Of a stretch of 64,000 nucleotides of DNA, positions 46,475 through 64,000 are shown one piece after another. Under the pieces are notes generated by a model, which saw only the letters and a program-made list of their open reading frames with translations, was not told the origin of the DNA and did no database searches. Origin of the DNA: the human T2T-CHM13v2.0 reference genome, Homo sapiens; assembly GCF_009914755.1 (NCBI RefSeq), contig NC_060936.1. The stretch is one strand, 5' to 3'. Numbering within the stretch: position 1 is the first letter of the stretch; each line of letters opens with the position of its first letter. A program made the position numbers and the translations under genes.

Positions 46475-47073
46475 TAGATTTGCCACAAAAAGCAATAACC
46501 TTAGCTAACCACGCTGCTCTCCTCCTCCACCTAACCCCCATCTCCCTTCATATGCACAAACACAGGAACCCAAAGCCCCTCCTCCCCACAATCCTCCCCA
46601 CTCACATTATGGGAAGAAATGTCACTAAATGGACTTGGCCTCCTCCATATAGCACGGAACAGGTGAATAAAAATATCTTTATGAAGAATTTTGTTGTGCT
46701 ATTATCTTAGGGTTGAATCAGGGCCAAGATGGAGGCAGAGGCAAGTGAGGTCTGGGGATCTCTTAGAGATCAGAATTTGTCTGAGAGGCACAGAGCCTAT
46801 AGTTCACCCAGAAAGGGGGATATATCTAAGAGGACAGGGGCTAGAACTGGCTAGGCTGAAAGTTTTTTCAAGTGTATGTGTGAGGGTAAGGGTAGCTATA
46901 AATCCATTCTCTTTCCTCCCCCATACCTTCCCTAGCTCCCAGATAGAAGGGCAGGGGACCCTGAACAGGGAACAGAGTCACAATTCCCTCAAGTTTCATC
47001 TGATTCCCACAGAGCTTCCAGCAGGCAGTGAGTTGGGCATATCCCCTGGTGCTGCATGACCCCTTCCCCCAGC

Positions 47074-62912
<15,839 letters not shown>

Positions 62913-63150
62913 TGCAAGAGGCGCCCGGCTTGGTTTCCTCGCTTTAGGAAACTCTCTTGGGGCAGGCCCCGCCCCACATCCGGTGCGGCGACGCCACTTC
63001 CGCCCACGTCATGGCAGTCGCCAGACTGGGGCGGAAGGCAAGGAACCCACCCTTCCGGCGGTGGCGGGCCTCGGTAACCGCCCTCCCCCGGGTCCTCGCG
63101 GACCGCACGGATCCGGCTGACGGCGAGGGTCATGGGACGGAGCCGCTTGT
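62913..63150 (-). promoter_or_regulatory. PRKAG1: PRKAG1 CpG promoter and 5'UTR
   Basis: GC box at ~62967-62975; ETS cores ACATCCGG (62976-62983) and ACTTCCG (62996-63002); CRE/ATF-like CACGTCA at ~63005-63011; no TATA box. Confidence 0.8.
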
Positions 63151-64000
63151 ATTTAAAATGTTCTTTTTTTATTTGTCGTTTAAAAACAAACTTGGAAGAA
63201 GCAAAATCCAAAACTTGCCCTTTGCCTCTCGCAACATAAATATGTACAGTTCAGAATGATCGCTGATACAAAACATGCCAAGGACAGGGGCGCTGAGGGT
63301 GGAGGGAGAGAGGGCGCTTTAAAAAAGGGAACCATTTCATCCGTTGTTACGAAGGACCAACCTTGCTGTACAGGATACACACAACACAAAATAAAGTCTT
63401 CACGGGATTCACACTTGTCAGCGATTTATTTTTTAAAAAGGGGGAGGGTCCTGGAGGTGAGGGGAGAAGACTGTAAAGGGGAAAACTGAAAACTGAGTAT
63501 GTGCGAGTGTAAACCAACCCAAAATACAAACACGGGGGCGGGGGGTGGGGTGGGGGATTCTGATGCAATTATACAGGCAGGGTACTTAAAAAAAAAACCA
63601 ACCAAAATTCCAACCTTGTAGCTTGGGTCTGAGTTATAGTTTATATAAAAATTAAAAACTGTATAAGGTTTCTTCACTAAATTCTACAGGACTATCGGAT
63701 ACCTAGCATATGCTTACAAAGTCTGCCCCATCCCCTTTTCCCAATCCCAGGGCCCAAGCCCCAAACACAGCCTGACTCACGGGAGCCAATCTCCCCCTCC
63801 CTGTAGCCTAGACCTTCTGCTCTCGGAAAAGGAACATCCAAGGGCTGTGGCTTTGAGGGCAGCAGCCCAGTCTTCCTACTGTCTGATTTAATTACAGCGG
63901 TTCCTGTGGGAGTGGGGGCTGTTATTCTCTTAAACATTTGCAGCTTGAAACAGTTGAGGAAGCAGCTTTAAAAAAAAAAAATCTCCCTACCCCCAACAAT
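63150..64000 (-). other. KMT2D: Terminal 3'UTR of KMT2D, with poly(A) signals AATAAA at 63168-63173 and 63425-63430
   Basis: Repeat-free sequence, U-rich on the minus strand, with poly(A) hexamers and a TGTACATA element. The gene name comes from known gene order; no coding sequence is in the window. Confidence 0.7.

Overview
This is GC-rich, Alu-dense primate DNA that I recognise as the human chr12q13 WNT10B-WNT1 locus. In order it holds: the non-coding first exon and CpG promoter of ARF3 (-), WNT10B (-, 389 aa), WNT1 (+, 370 aa, divergent from WNT10B), a homeodomain-site-rich element about 5 kb 3' of WNT1 (the known Wnt1 CNS enhancer), DDN/dendrin (-, 711 aa), PRKAG1/AMPK gamma1 (-, 331 aa, 12 coding exons), and the end of a minus-strand 3'UTR (KMT2D by locus knowledge) abutting the PRKAG1 promoter. 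I rebuilt all four CDSs exon by exon. Each has GT-AG junctions and a length divisible by three (1170, 1113, 2136 and 996 nt). There are two retroposed small-RNA pseudogenes (U13 snoRNA with a TSD, and U6) and many Alu, MIR, L2, L1 and MER58 relics. I found no convincing new gene or biological system. The best second-look items are regulatory or RNA-level: a probable MIR-derived poly(A) signal for DDN, a KMT2D terminator packed against the PRKAG1 promoter with a convergent + strand poly(A) signal, uORFs in both Wnt leaders, a (CG)10(CA)16 Z-DNA tract at the WNT10B promoter, an in-frame intronic ATG in DDN, and a degenerate telomere-like tract. Gene names for non-coding parts come from memory of the locus, not from a database search. 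Repeat boundaries are approximate.
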